This document shows, piece after piece, positions 55,676 through 64,000 of a stretch of DNA of 64,000 bases. The stretch covers positions 1,647,991-1,711,990 of the forward strand of contig CAWFQK010000004.1 in the NCBI GenBank assembly GCA_963817955.1, given 5' to 3'. Under the pieces are notes generated by a model. It worked only from the letters and a program-made list of their open reading frames with translations, was not told the DNA's origin and made no database searches. Source of the stretch: an uncultured Gemmatimonadaceae bacterium (GTDB taxonomy: Bacteria; Gemmatimonadota; Gemmatimonadetes; Gemmatimonadales; Gemmatimonadaceae). The translations under genes and the position numbers were made by a program. Within the stretch, counting starts at the first letter, position 1, and each line of letters begins with the position of its first letter.

Positions 55676-57835
55676 TCAGAAGCCGTGCAAGGTGTCATCG
55701 TCGCCGTCGTCGTGAAACGGAATCGCCTCGGCGGGATTGATCGGATTGGCCGATCCGAAGCGCGATGTTGTTGGCTGGAGACGTGAGGATGGCGCAACGG
55801 CGGGGCCGCGGGGGGCCGGCCGGGCTTTCGGCGCTTTCGACGCTTTCGACGTTGGCACGGCCGGTCTGAACGTCGGATTGACGCTCCGCCTCGTCACGGC
55901 CGAGAGCTGGAATTGCCCCACCATCTCCTTCATCGCCTCGGCCTGACTCGACAGCTCCTCGGCAGCCGCGGCCGACTCCTCGGAGTTCGCCGCCGTCTGT
56001 TGCGTCACGCTGTTCATCTGATCGACTGCCGTGTTGACCTGCCCAATGCCTTGCGTCTGCTGATCGCTCGCGGCCGCGATTTCGGTCATGACTTCACTCA
56101 CCTTGGTCACGCCCGCGCTGATGTCGTTGAGGTTCTTCACGACTTCGTCCGTGATGACCACGCCGCCTTCGGCGTTGTCGACGGCCTCTTCGATGAGAGT
56201 GGCCGTGTTCTTCGCCGCCTCGGCCGACCGCATGGCCAGATTGCGAACCTCTTCGGCCACGACCGCAAACCCGCGACCCGCGTCGCCGGCACGCGCCGCT
56301 TCGACCGCAGCGTTCAGCGCCAGCAGATTCGTCTGGAATGCGATCTCGTCGATCGTCTTCACGATCTTCGCCGTGGAGTCCGAGGACGCCTTGATGCGGC
56401 CCATCGCCGCGGTGAGGCGCTGCATGCTGTCGGCGCCACGGTCCGTGCCCCGCTTCGCCTGGTCGGCCAAGCCGCGCGCTTCCTTCGCGTTCACGGCGCT
56501 CTGCTTCGCCATCGACGCCATTTCCTGCAAGCTCGATGAGATCTCCTCGAGCGAGCTCGCCTGCTCGGACGATCCTTCGGCCAGCGCTTGGCTCCCCCCG
56601 CTGATCTGATTGGACGCCGACGCAACCTGATCGCTGGAGACGGACACTTCGGCGAGCGCGTCGTCCAGATTCTGAGCGGCCGTGTTGATGGCGGCCTTGA
56701 TCTTCGCGTGGTCGCCCCGATATTCGCCGGCGACGCGTGCCGTGAGATCCCGGTTCGCGATGCGCTCGAGCACGTCGGCGGCTTCGTTGATCGGCGCAGT
56801 CACGGCGTCGAGCATGCCATTCATGCCACTCACGAGCTCGCGATAGCTGCCCTCGAATCGTGCGGCATCCGCGCGTTCGCTCAGCCGGCCTTCATTTGCC
56901 GCGCGCGTCAACACGCTGGCTTCGTTGATCGCCACCTGCAGCGAGGCGCGCGCCCGCTCGAACGCCATGACGGTCGCCTGGGTGTCGGCGATGATGCCGT
57001 CGATACTCCGCGACAACTCGCCGGTCTCATCCCGTGCGTCGCTGCCGATGGGTTTCGTTCCCACCTTGATCTGGTATCCGAGATCGCCCGCGGCGAGCGC
57101 CTGCACGCCCCCGGCAAAGTTGGTGATACACAGACTGCGGAGCTGCGCGGCGCGCTCGACGACGAGCGCCAGCGGACGCGAGATCCCGCGCGACAGCACC
57201 ACGCCAAAGAATACGGCGAGGAGCCCAGCGATGATCATTGCCACCACGACGACCAATCGTGCCGTCGATGCAGCCTGCTGGGCATTCGCCCAACCCGTGT
57301 CGGAAGAGCGATGCTGCAACTGGATGTCCTTATCCAGCGGCTCCTTGGTCGCGACATACGCGTCGTAGCCGTTTTTGACGATGAATTCAGAAGCGGCGGA
57401 ATCGAGATTGCCTGCGTCCAGCAGGGGAATGGCACGAGCGAGGTGGCTCTGGAACTCGGCGTACTTACTCTTGAAAGCCTGCCAGTCCGCGTCCTCTTCC
57501 GGATCGCGCGGTAGCGGCTCGTAGATCTTGAAGCCGCGCTCCGCCAAGTTTTGAACCTCAACATCGTAGCTGGGGCGGAGCTTGCTGTACTCAACGGCGT
57601 CCTTCGTGATCCGTGCGGCGAACAGCCCGGTCTCGATCCGCCGGAGTTCGGCGGTGCCGGCATCCACGGCAGCCAAGCCGATGAGCGATGGAACCTGATC
57701 CGTCGCGATCTCAGCGGTCGCACCAGCCATGCGGGACATGCCGACCAGGCCAACCACACCAACGAGCACCGCCCCCAAGGCAATGATCAGAAAACCGCCA
57801 ACGAGCTTCGGGCCAACCTTGAGATTCTTCAGCAT
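55676..57835 (-). CDS. methyl-accepting chemotaxis protein (4HB sensor, HAMPs)
   Basis: [13 protein letters not shown]1, [34 protein letters not shown], acidic C-terminus ending TLHGF (pentapeptide-like). Confidence 0.95.
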   Translation of the reverse strand: MLKNLKVGPKLVGGFLIIALGAVLVGVVGLVGMSRMAGATAEIATDQVPSLIGLAAVDAGTAELRRIETGLFAARITKDAVEYSKLRPSYDVEVQNLAERGFKIYEPLPRDPEEDADWQAFKSKYAEFQSHLARAIPLLDAGNLDSAASEFIVKNGYDAYVATKEPLDKDIQLQHRSSDTGWANAQQAASTARLVVVVAMIIAGLLAVFFGVVLSRGISRPLALVVERAAQLRSLCITNFAGGVQALAAGDLGYQIKVGTKPIGSDARDETGELSRSIDGIIADTQATVMAFERARASLQVAINEASVLTRAANEGRLSERADAARFEGSYRELVSGMNGMLDAVTAPINEAADVLERIANRDLTARVAGEYRGDHAKIKAAINTAAQNLDDALAEVSVSSDQVASASNQISGGSQALAEGSSEQASSLEEISSSLQEMASMAKQSAVNAKEARGLADQAKRGTDRGADSMQRLTAAMGRIKASSDSTAKIVKTIDEIAFQTNLLALNAAVEAARAGDAGRGFAVVAEEVRNLAMRSAEAAKNTATLIEEAVDNAEGGVVITDEVVKNLNDISAGVTKVSEVMTEIAAASDQQTQGIGQVNTAVDQMNSVTQQTAANSEESAAAAEELSSQAEAMKEMVGQFQLSAVTRRSVNPTFRPAVPTSKASKAPKARPAPRGPAVAPSSRLQPTTSRFGSANPINPAEAIPFHDDGDDDTLHGF

Positions 57836-58068
57836 CGAAGTGTGAGTTGCAGAGGTGAATTCCGTGCTCGCAGTGGTTCGCCGGAGAGGCCTTCTTGTCC
57901 ACCGATTGCCATGAATGTTGGACTGAGCCATGGCCGCCCATATTCGAGAGCATCGGTACGGGTACGGGCCGAGTTGAGCGAGCTGGGCAGGTGCCGGTGA
58001 GGTGCTCGCCCACACCTCATGGCCTCTTCAGTGATCGCTCCGGGCCATACCGGCCGACTGGCCACAAA

Positions 58069-58107
58069 GGGCCCGGGCGCCACGTCGTAGACGTGGCGCC
58101 CGGGCCC
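58069..58107. repeat. perfect 18-bp inverted repeat with 3-nt loop
   Basis: GGGCCCGGGCGCCACGTC-GTA-GACGTGGCGCCCGGGCCC. Confidence 0.9.
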
Positions 58108-58133
58108 AGAACCGCTTGAATTATCAGGACCTA

Positions 58134-60502
58134 TGCGTATTCCGGCCGATTCTGACCACCGAATCCGGGCCAAGCTGACCAGCGATTCCGGTGCAAGCTG
58201 ACCACCGATTCCGACGAATCTGACCAGCGATTCCGGTGATGCTGCCCACCCGTTCCGGCGATATTGACCAGCCGTGACGGGGAAGCCGCCCACCACGGCA
58301 CCGCTGAGCACTGCTGCGCATCGCGGCTTTGGAGAAGTAAGGCGACGGACGATCGAACGCCGACGGCTTCCCCTGGACCTCCCAGGAGAAGACCATGGCC
58401 GCAGACCGCCTCTCCATGCGCAAACTTCGTGAAGTGCTCCGCCTCGCTGCCACGGGCCTCAGTCGTCGGGCCATTGGCCGCAGCCTGAACATCAGCCACA
58501 ATACCGTTGGGCTCTATCTGGATCGCGCGACGCTGGCCGGCGTGCAGTGGCCGGACTGCGCGCGCCTCGATGACGCAGCGTTGAGCGCCCAGCTCGTTCC
58601 TCCCGAGCCGCTGACGATCCCCAAACTCGTCCCAGACTGGCCGACGCTGCACCAGGAGCTGCGCCGCAAAGGGGTCACCCTGCGGCTCCTCTGGTTAGAG
58701 TACAAGGCCACCCAGCCGACGGGCTATCAGTATTCGCAGTTTACGACGCTCTATCGCGCGTGGGCGGACACGCTGGATCCGGTGCTGCGCCAGGCCCACG
58801 TCGCCGGGGAGAAGGTGTTCGTCGATTATGCCGGGCAGACGCTCCCCGTCGTGGACCCGAGCACGGGCGAGTGCCGCGAGGCGCAGCTCTTCGTCGGCAC
58901 GCTGGGCGCGAGCAATTACACGTTCGCCGAGCTGACGTGGACGCAGTCGCTGCCGGACTGGATCGGCTCACACGTGCGGATGTACGCGGGCTTCGGCGGG
59001 GTGCCACGCCTGACAATCCCGGATAATCTGCGCAGCGGCGTCCGCCAGCCGTGTTTCTATGATCCCGACGTTAACCCCACGTACGCCGATCTCGCGGCAC
59101 ACTACGGGACCACGGTGCTGCCCACCCGGGTGCGGTCGCCTCGGGACAAGGCGAAAGTTGAAACAGCGGTGCAAATCTGTGAGCGCTGGGTCCTGGCCCC
59201 CCTCCGGCACCACACGCTGATCGGTCTCGCGGCGGCCAACCGCGAAATCGCACGACTGCTCGCCGCGCTCAACGACCGGCCGTTTCAGAAGCTCGCGGGT
59301 ACCCGCCGCACGCTGTTGGAGACGCTCGACCGCCCGGCGCTCCTGCCGCTCCCGAGTCACTCCTATACATACTCGGAGTGGAAGAAAGCGCGCGTGAACA
59401 TCGACTATCACATCGAGGTCGAGCGGCACTACTACAGCGTGCCGCATCGGCTGCTCCGCAAAGCCGTCGAGGTGCGGCTCACCGCCACGGCGGTCGAAAT
59501 CTTGTACGGCGGGCAACGCGTCGCCCTGCATCCGCGCAGTCGCCACATCGGCGGCTTCACCACCGAGCCCACGCATCGGCCCAAGGCGCACCAGAAGCAT
59601 CTCGAGTGGACGCCGGATCGATTAGTCCGCTGGGGGGAGGCCATCGGCCAGTCCACGGGCGCCGTGGTCCAGCGAATTCTCGAGAGCAAGCCCCACCCGG
59701 AGCAGGGCTATCGCGCCTGCCTCGGCCTCATGAGCCTCGCCAAGCGGTACACCGACCCCCGAGTCGAGGCGGCGTGCTTCCGCGCCCTCCGCAGCGGCGC
59801 GGTGTCCTATCGCTCGGTGAAATCCATTCTCGAACATGGTCTCGATGCCGTGCCGCTCGAAGAGCCCGCCACGCTGACGCTGCCGCCGACCCATGCCCAC
59901 GTGCGTGGCGCGAACTACTTCACGCCACCCTCACCTCCCTCGTCCCCCGCATCCCTCACGTCCCTCGCACACCCCCCGATCCAGGAGAAACTCTCATTAT
60001 GACTTCGTATACGACTGTCGAGCGCCTTCACGCCCTCCGGCTGCCCGGCATGGCGGCCGCCTTCGGCGAGCAACTCCAGACCAGTGCGGCGGTCGATCTC
60101 CCCTTTGAAGAACGCCTCGCACTCTTGCTCGAGCGGGAGGTGACCTACCGCGAAGACCGCCGACTGCAGCGCCTCTTACAAGACGCGCGGCTCGCCCTCG
60201 CCGCGGCGGCCGCCGAGGACATCGACTGGCGGGCGCCGCGCGGGCTCGATCGCAGCGTCCTCGTGCGTCTGATTTCCGCGGAGTGGGTGCGGCAGCACCA
60301 GGTCGTGCTCCTGGTCGGTGCCACCGGGGTGGGCAAGAGTTATCTCGCGTGTGCGTTGGGCCACGCCGCCTGCCGCCACGGGCTGACCACGCGCTACTTC
60401 CGCCTCGGCCGGCTCCTCCATGCACTCGCGCTCGCGCGCGCGGACGGCTCGTACCCCAAGCTGCTCCTCAAGCTCGCCAAGACGGATCTAGTCATTTTGG
60501 AC
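58134..60502 (+). mobile_element. IS21-family element, left part (interrupted by RIT)
   Basis: 5'-TG end, about six 22-23-bp TTCCGG..TGACCA subterminal repeats (58140-58275), istA and partial istB. Confidence 0.9.
58395..60002 (+). CDS. istA: IS21 transposase IstA
   Basis: MRKLREVLRL, FVDYAG, PDNLRSGV, PRDKAKVE (DDE), YYSVP. Confidence 0.95.
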   Translation: MAADRLSMRKLREVLRLAATGLSRRAIGRSLNISHNTVGLYLDRATLAGVQWPDCARLDDAALSAQLVPPEPLTIPKLVPDWPTLHQELRRKGVTLRLLWLEYKATQPTGYQYSQFTTLYRAWADTLDPVLRQAHVAGEKVFVDYAGQTLPVVDPSTGECREAQLFVGTLGASNYTFAELTWTQSLPDWIGSHVRMYAGFGGVPRLTIPDNLRSGVRQPCFYDPDVNPTYADLAAHYGTTVLPTRVRSPRDKAKVETAVQICERWVLAPLRHHTLIGLAAANREIARLLAALNDRPFQKLAGTRRTLLETLDRPALLPLPSHSYTYSEWKKARVNIDYHIEVERHYYSVPHRLLRKAVEVRLTATAVEILYGGQRVALHPRSRHIGGFTTEPTHRPKAHQKHLEWTPDRLVRWGEAIGQSTGAVVQRILESKPHPEQGYRACLGLMSLAKRYTDPRVEAACFRALRSGAVSYRSVKSILEHGLDAVPLEEPATLTLPPTHAHVRGANYFTPPSPPSSPASLTSLAHPPIQEKLSL

Positions 60503-60550
60503 TTATGGGAAGTGCTTCGAAATGTGGAGTCGCAGCAGATAACTCATTGA
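59999..60550 (+). pseudogene. istB: IS21 helper ATPase IstB, truncated at Walker B
   Basis: GATGVGKSYLACALG; LVILD then RIT-derived LWEVLRNVESQQITH* instead of the usual DDWG. Confidence 0.92.
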
Positions 60551-60641
60551 GGTGCCAGCGCATCGCGGTTTGCCGAGTTCACATTACTGGGCGTAGCATC
60601 GGGGCGGTGCCAATGTCGGCACCCACACGAGGAGATTCCCG

Positions 60642-61904
60642 ATGCTCAGGGACCTATTTCCGAGAGCCCATGGCCGTTTCTTGGCCCTGCGGACGTTGGG
60701 CGGAGTTGTAGAGGGGTTCGCCCAGTGGCTCGTCGAGAAGGGCTACACCCGTACAGCTATTCGACAACACGTGCGTTGCACCCGCCGACTCGACCGAATG
60801 CTGCGGCAGCGCGGGCGCCACCAACTCACTGGGATCACGCTGGACGATTTGTCGGCATGCGTGCCGACGCGTGCCAAGAGGCGGGCGGATGTCACACTCG
60901 CCGCCACCACCCGCTGCTGGCATCGGCATCTCCAGGAGCGCGGACTGCTTGCCGTCCCGCCGCTGGAGCCCGCGTCTCACAGTCGGAGACTCCTCGCCAT
61001 GTACGCCGACCATCTTCGACAGGTACGAGGATTGGCGGTTCCGACTATCGCCGCGCACGTGCACGACGTCGCCGCGCTCCTTCAGCATCTCGAGTACGAC
61101 GCGAGCGCGGCCCGCCTGCGTGGGCTCTCGGCACGAGACCTCGATGCGTTTCTTCAGAGTGTTGGTCGGGGGCACGGACGAGCCTCCCTGCAACACGTCG
61201 TCGCGCACCTCCGCGGGTTTCTGCGCTTTCTCGCAATGACGGGCGAGCTGCACCCTGGTCTTGAGACGCAGATTGATACGCCGCGGGTCTACCGTCTCGA
61301 GCAACTGCCTCGAGCCCTCCCATGGGAAACGGTGCAGACGTTCCTCCGGGCTATTGATCGGAGGACCCCGAAGGGGCGACGCGACTTCGCGATCTTTTTG
61401 CTGATGGCGACCTATGGGTGGCGCGCCAGCGACGTCGCGGCGCTGACGCTCGATGCCATTGAGTGGCGCGCACGGCGGATTCGCGTTGTCCTCCGCAAAG
61501 GCGGGACGCCGCTGGTGCTGCCGCTCACCGACGACGTAGGCGCCGCGTTGACTGCGTATCTCCGGCACGGGCGTCCACGCCTCGCGTGCCGCCAGGTCTT
61601 CCTCCGGTGCCGCGCACCCGCGGGCGCGATCGAGCGCACGGCGGTCACCGATGCCTTCCAGCGCTGGGCCCGCCGGAGCGGCTTGCCGCTCTCATTCCAG
61701 GGGCCGCACTGCCTGCGCCACTCGTATGCGGTCCACCTGCTGCGTCGGGGCGTGTCACTCAAGACCATTGGCGACGTGCTCGGTCACCGCACCGCGGAGG
61801 CGACGTGCGTCTACCTGCGGCTGTCGACGGACGACCTTCGCGACGTCGCGCTACCGCTCCCGCGCACGAGCGCCTCGGCGCGCGCACCGGAGGTCGAGCC
61901 ATGA
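60642..61904 (+). CDS. ritA: tyrosine recombinase A of RIT
   Basis: YGWRASDV, HCLRHSYA, LGH, VY catalytic set. Confidence 0.9.
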   Translation: MLRDLFPRAHGRFLALRTLGGVVEGFAQWLVEKGYTRTAIRQHVRCTRRLDRMLRQRGRHQLTGITLDDLSACVPTRAKRRADVTLAATTRCWHRHLQERGLLAVPPLEPASHSRRLLAMYADHLRQVRGLAVPTIAAHVHDVAALLQHLEYDASAARLRGLSARDLDAFLQSVGRGHGRASLQHVVAHLRGFLRFLAMTGELHPGLETQIDTPRVYRLEQLPRALPWETVQTFLRAIDRRTPKGRRDFAIFLLMATYGWRASDVAALTLDAIEWRARRIRVVLRKGGTPLVLPLTDDVGAALTAYLRHGRPRLACRQVFLRCRAPAGAIERTAVTDAFQRWARRSGLPLSFQGPHCLRHSYAVHLLRRGVSLKTIGDVLGHRTAEATCVYLRLSTDDLRDVALPLPRTSASARAPEVEP

Positions 61905-62896
61905 ACGAGCCCACGCGGTTCCTCTCGGTGTTCGGTTCGACCATCGCGCGGTATCTCGCCGTGAAGGCAGCCTTGGGGCGGCATTTCACCAATGAGCGAG
62001 CCGTCCTCACGCGGCTCGATGGGTTCGTCGCGGCACGGGATGCGGACCTTGGCCCCGACACATTCGCCCACTGGTGCACGAGCCAGGTGGGACTGACCTC
62101 CGGCGTGCGACGCGCCCGCATGCGGATCGTCCGCAATTTCTGCTTGTATCGCCAGCGGACGGAGCCGTCGTGCTTCGTGCCGGATCTCACGCTCTTTCCT
62201 CCGCTGCATCAAACAGCGCTGCCACACATCTTCACCGTGGACGAAATCGACCGCCTCTTGCGCGCCGTGGAGACCGTCGGAGTCACCCGGTGTTCGCCAC
62301 TGCGTCGTGACACCCTTCGGTTGGCACTGGTGCTGTTCTACACCACGGGGCTGCGTCGCGGGGAGTTCCTCCGGCTGCTCGTCGACGACTACGACCCAGC
62401 GGCGCGCACGCTGCGCATTCGGGAATCCAAGTTTCACAAATCCCGGGTCGTACCGCTCTCTTCCGACGGCGCCTCCCACGTCGAGGCATACCTGCGAGCC
62501 CGTCGGACCCAGCGTCGGCGGGTCGGCGGGGAGATGCCTCTCGTGGAGAGTCCCTACCGCGCCGGCAAACCCTACACCGCCACCGGTCTGCGGGATGGCA
62601 TCACGCAGCTGCTCAGCACCGCGGGCATTCACACGACGGCCGGGCGGGTCCCCCGCCTTCACGACTTTCGCCACACGTTCGCCGTCCATGCGATGCTGCG
62701 GTGGTACCAGGCGGGCGCCGATGTGCAAGCGAAACTGCCCGTCCTCGCCACCTACATGGGCCACGCCTCGATCCTCTCCACGCAGTACTACCTCCGCGTC
62801 GTCGACCAGCTCACCAGCCTCGCCAACCGTCGCTTCGCCAGCCGGTACGCGGACCTCGTCACCCCATGGCCGAGTCCCGGAGGAGATCTCTCATGA
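61901..62896 (+). CDS. ritB: tyrosine recombinase B of RIT
   Basis: TGLRRGE, SKFHKSR, HDFRHTFAV, LATYMGH, TQYYL; ATGA overlap. Confidence 0.9.
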   Translation: MNEPTRFLSVFGSTIARYLAVKAALGRHFTNERAVLTRLDGFVAARDADLGPDTFAHWCTSQVGLTSGVRRARMRIVRNFCLYRQRTEPSCFVPDLTLFPPLHQTALPHIFTVDEIDRLLRAVETVGVTRCSPLRRDTLRLALVLFYTTGLRRGEFLRLLVDDYDPAARTLRIRESKFHKSRVVPLSSDGASHVEAYLRARRTQRRRVGGEMPLVESPYRAGKPYTATGLRDGITQLLSTAGIHTTAGRVPRLHDFRHTFAVHAMLRWYQAGADVQAKLPVLATYMGHASILSTQYYLRVVDQLTSLANRRFASRYADLVTPWPSPGGDLS

Positions 62897-63912
62897 AAGC
62901 CGAGCATCCCAACCGCCTCGCGCGCGCCCTGCGCGACTTCTTCTCTGATCACTTGCCACGACTGCGCGGGATGAGTCCGCACACCGTGCTGAGTTATCGC
63001 GACAGCCTACGTCTGCTGCTCTGCTTCGTCGCGTCGGGTCGCAACGCCAGCGTCGCGGATCTCGACGTCGAACACATCGGGCCGCAGGAGGTGATCGATT
63101 TTCTGCGCCATCTCGAGCAGGTTCGACGCAATGTCGCGTCGACCCGCAATATTCGACTCGCGGCCATCCACGCGTTCTTCCGCTACCTCTCCGCGCGCGA
63201 TCCCGAGCGGCTCGAGCAGTGTCAACGCATTCTCGGCGTGCCCTTCAAGCGTGCCCAAACGCGTCCCGTGGCCTACCTGGAATACGCCGAGATCAAGGCG
63301 GTGCTCGAGGCCGTGGACCGCGCCACGCCAGACGGGCGCCGCGATTACGCGCTCCTCGCCACCATGTTCAACACCGGCGCACGGGTCCAGGAGGTCCTCG
63401 ATCTGCGCGTCAGCGACCTCCAGCTTCAGAAGCCCTTTCAGGCGCGCCTCGTCGGCAAGGGCCGCAAAGAGCGTGTCTGTCCGCTCTGGCCTCAGACGGC
63501 GAAGGTCCTCCGGGATTGGCTGGAAGAGCGACGCACCGAGCGCGGCTCGACCGAACGACTCTTTCTCAATCACCGACGCGAGCCACTGACGCGTTTCGGC
63601 GTCCGCTATATCCTGGCGAAGTACTGTACGCGCGCGCGACCGAACGCCTCCACGCTCGAACGCAAACGGCTGCATCCACACTCCCTGCGGCACTCGACGG
63701 CCGTTCACCTGCTCAAGGCCGGCGTGGATCTCTCGACCATCAGCCAGTGGCTCGGTCACGCCAGCATCGATACGACCAATCGGTACGCGACCGTAGACCT
63801 CGACATGAAACGCGAGGCGATTGCCAAAGCGAAGCCGCTCGTGGTGTCGCCGTCGACCGCCGGCGCATGGCGCAAGAACGCCTCGATCCTCGAATGGCTT
63901 GAGGCGCTCTGA
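62893..63912 (+). CDS. ritC: tyrosine recombinase C of RIT
   Basis: TGARVQE, GKGRKER, HSLRHSTA, WLGH, TTNRYA; ATGA overlap. Confidence 0.9.
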   Translation: MKAEHPNRLARALRDFFSDHLPRLRGMSPHTVLSYRDSLRLLLCFVASGRNASVADLDVEHIGPQEVIDFLRHLEQVRRNVASTRNIRLAAIHAFFRYLSARDPERLEQCQRILGVPFKRAQTRPVAYLEYAEIKAVLEAVDRATPDGRRDYALLATMFNTGARVQEVLDLRVSDLQLQKPFQARLVGKGRKERVCPLWPQTAKVLRDWLEERRTERGSTERLFLNHRREPLTRFGVRYILAKYCTRARPNASTLERKRLHPHSLRHSTAVHLLKAGVDLSTISQWLGHASIDTTNRYATVDLDMKREAIAKAKPLVVSPSTAGAWRKNASILEWLEAL

Positions 63913-64000
63913 TGCGTCGCGTAATGTGGAGTCGGCATGAGCCAATCGCCCAGGAGCGCGGGCCGCGACTCCACATTACGAAGCACTTCCCATAAGTCCA

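Larger units (their letters stand above)
60498..64000 (+). mobile_element. RIT element (recombinases in trio)
   Basis: Three overlapping tyrosine recombinase genes between 36-bp inverted repeats (60498-60533 and 63965-64000, 35/36 match). Confidence 0.92.

Noticed and set aside
57836..58060. c-di-GMP or other riboswitch upstream of the MCP
   Set aside because: No recognisable GEMM or other aptamer motif by eye.
58140..58275. CRISPR-like or iteron array
   Set aside because: Explained as the subterminal transposase-binding repeats typical of IS21 ends.
1..64000. tRNA, rRNA or prophage genes
   Set aside because: None recognised by eye; a tRNAscan/Infernal run would be needed to exclude small RNAs.

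Overview
GC-rich bacterial DNA. The gene families (PadR plus several ADOP-type duplicated ABC permeases, BlaI/M56, CarboxypepD_reg/plug proteins, Ig-repeat lipoproteins) suggest Gemmatimonadota or a similar lineage; this is inference. The window is a plasticity region. Bases 1-19.5 kb carry transport and peptidase genes (CPA1 antiporter, MFS, M61, MacAB-TolC-like pump, CDF, aspartyl protease, serine hydrolase) mixed with toxin-antitoxin modules, gene relics and a 21-bp tandem array. The top candidate for an undescribed system is a tightly coupled four-gene minus-strand operon at 25.7-32.5 kb: three exported proteins with cohesin-like domains (two are lipoproteins, one a 950-aa Ig-repeat stalk) and one BNR/Asp-box beta-propeller protein with a C-terminal dockerin, i.e. 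a possible non-cellulosomal cohesin-dockerin surface complex. Next are a defence-like trio (HNH nuclease, MazG-like pyrophosphatase, SauUSI-like PLD-helicase) at 36.3-40.8 kb, a sigma54-controlled 13-heme cytochrome c/cytochrome b fusion with a heme-motif sensor kinase at 48-55 kb, MCP-cheW, and an IS21 element whose istB is interrupted by a complete three-recombinase RIT element running to the window end. All family calls come from motif recognition by eye; no database searches were run.
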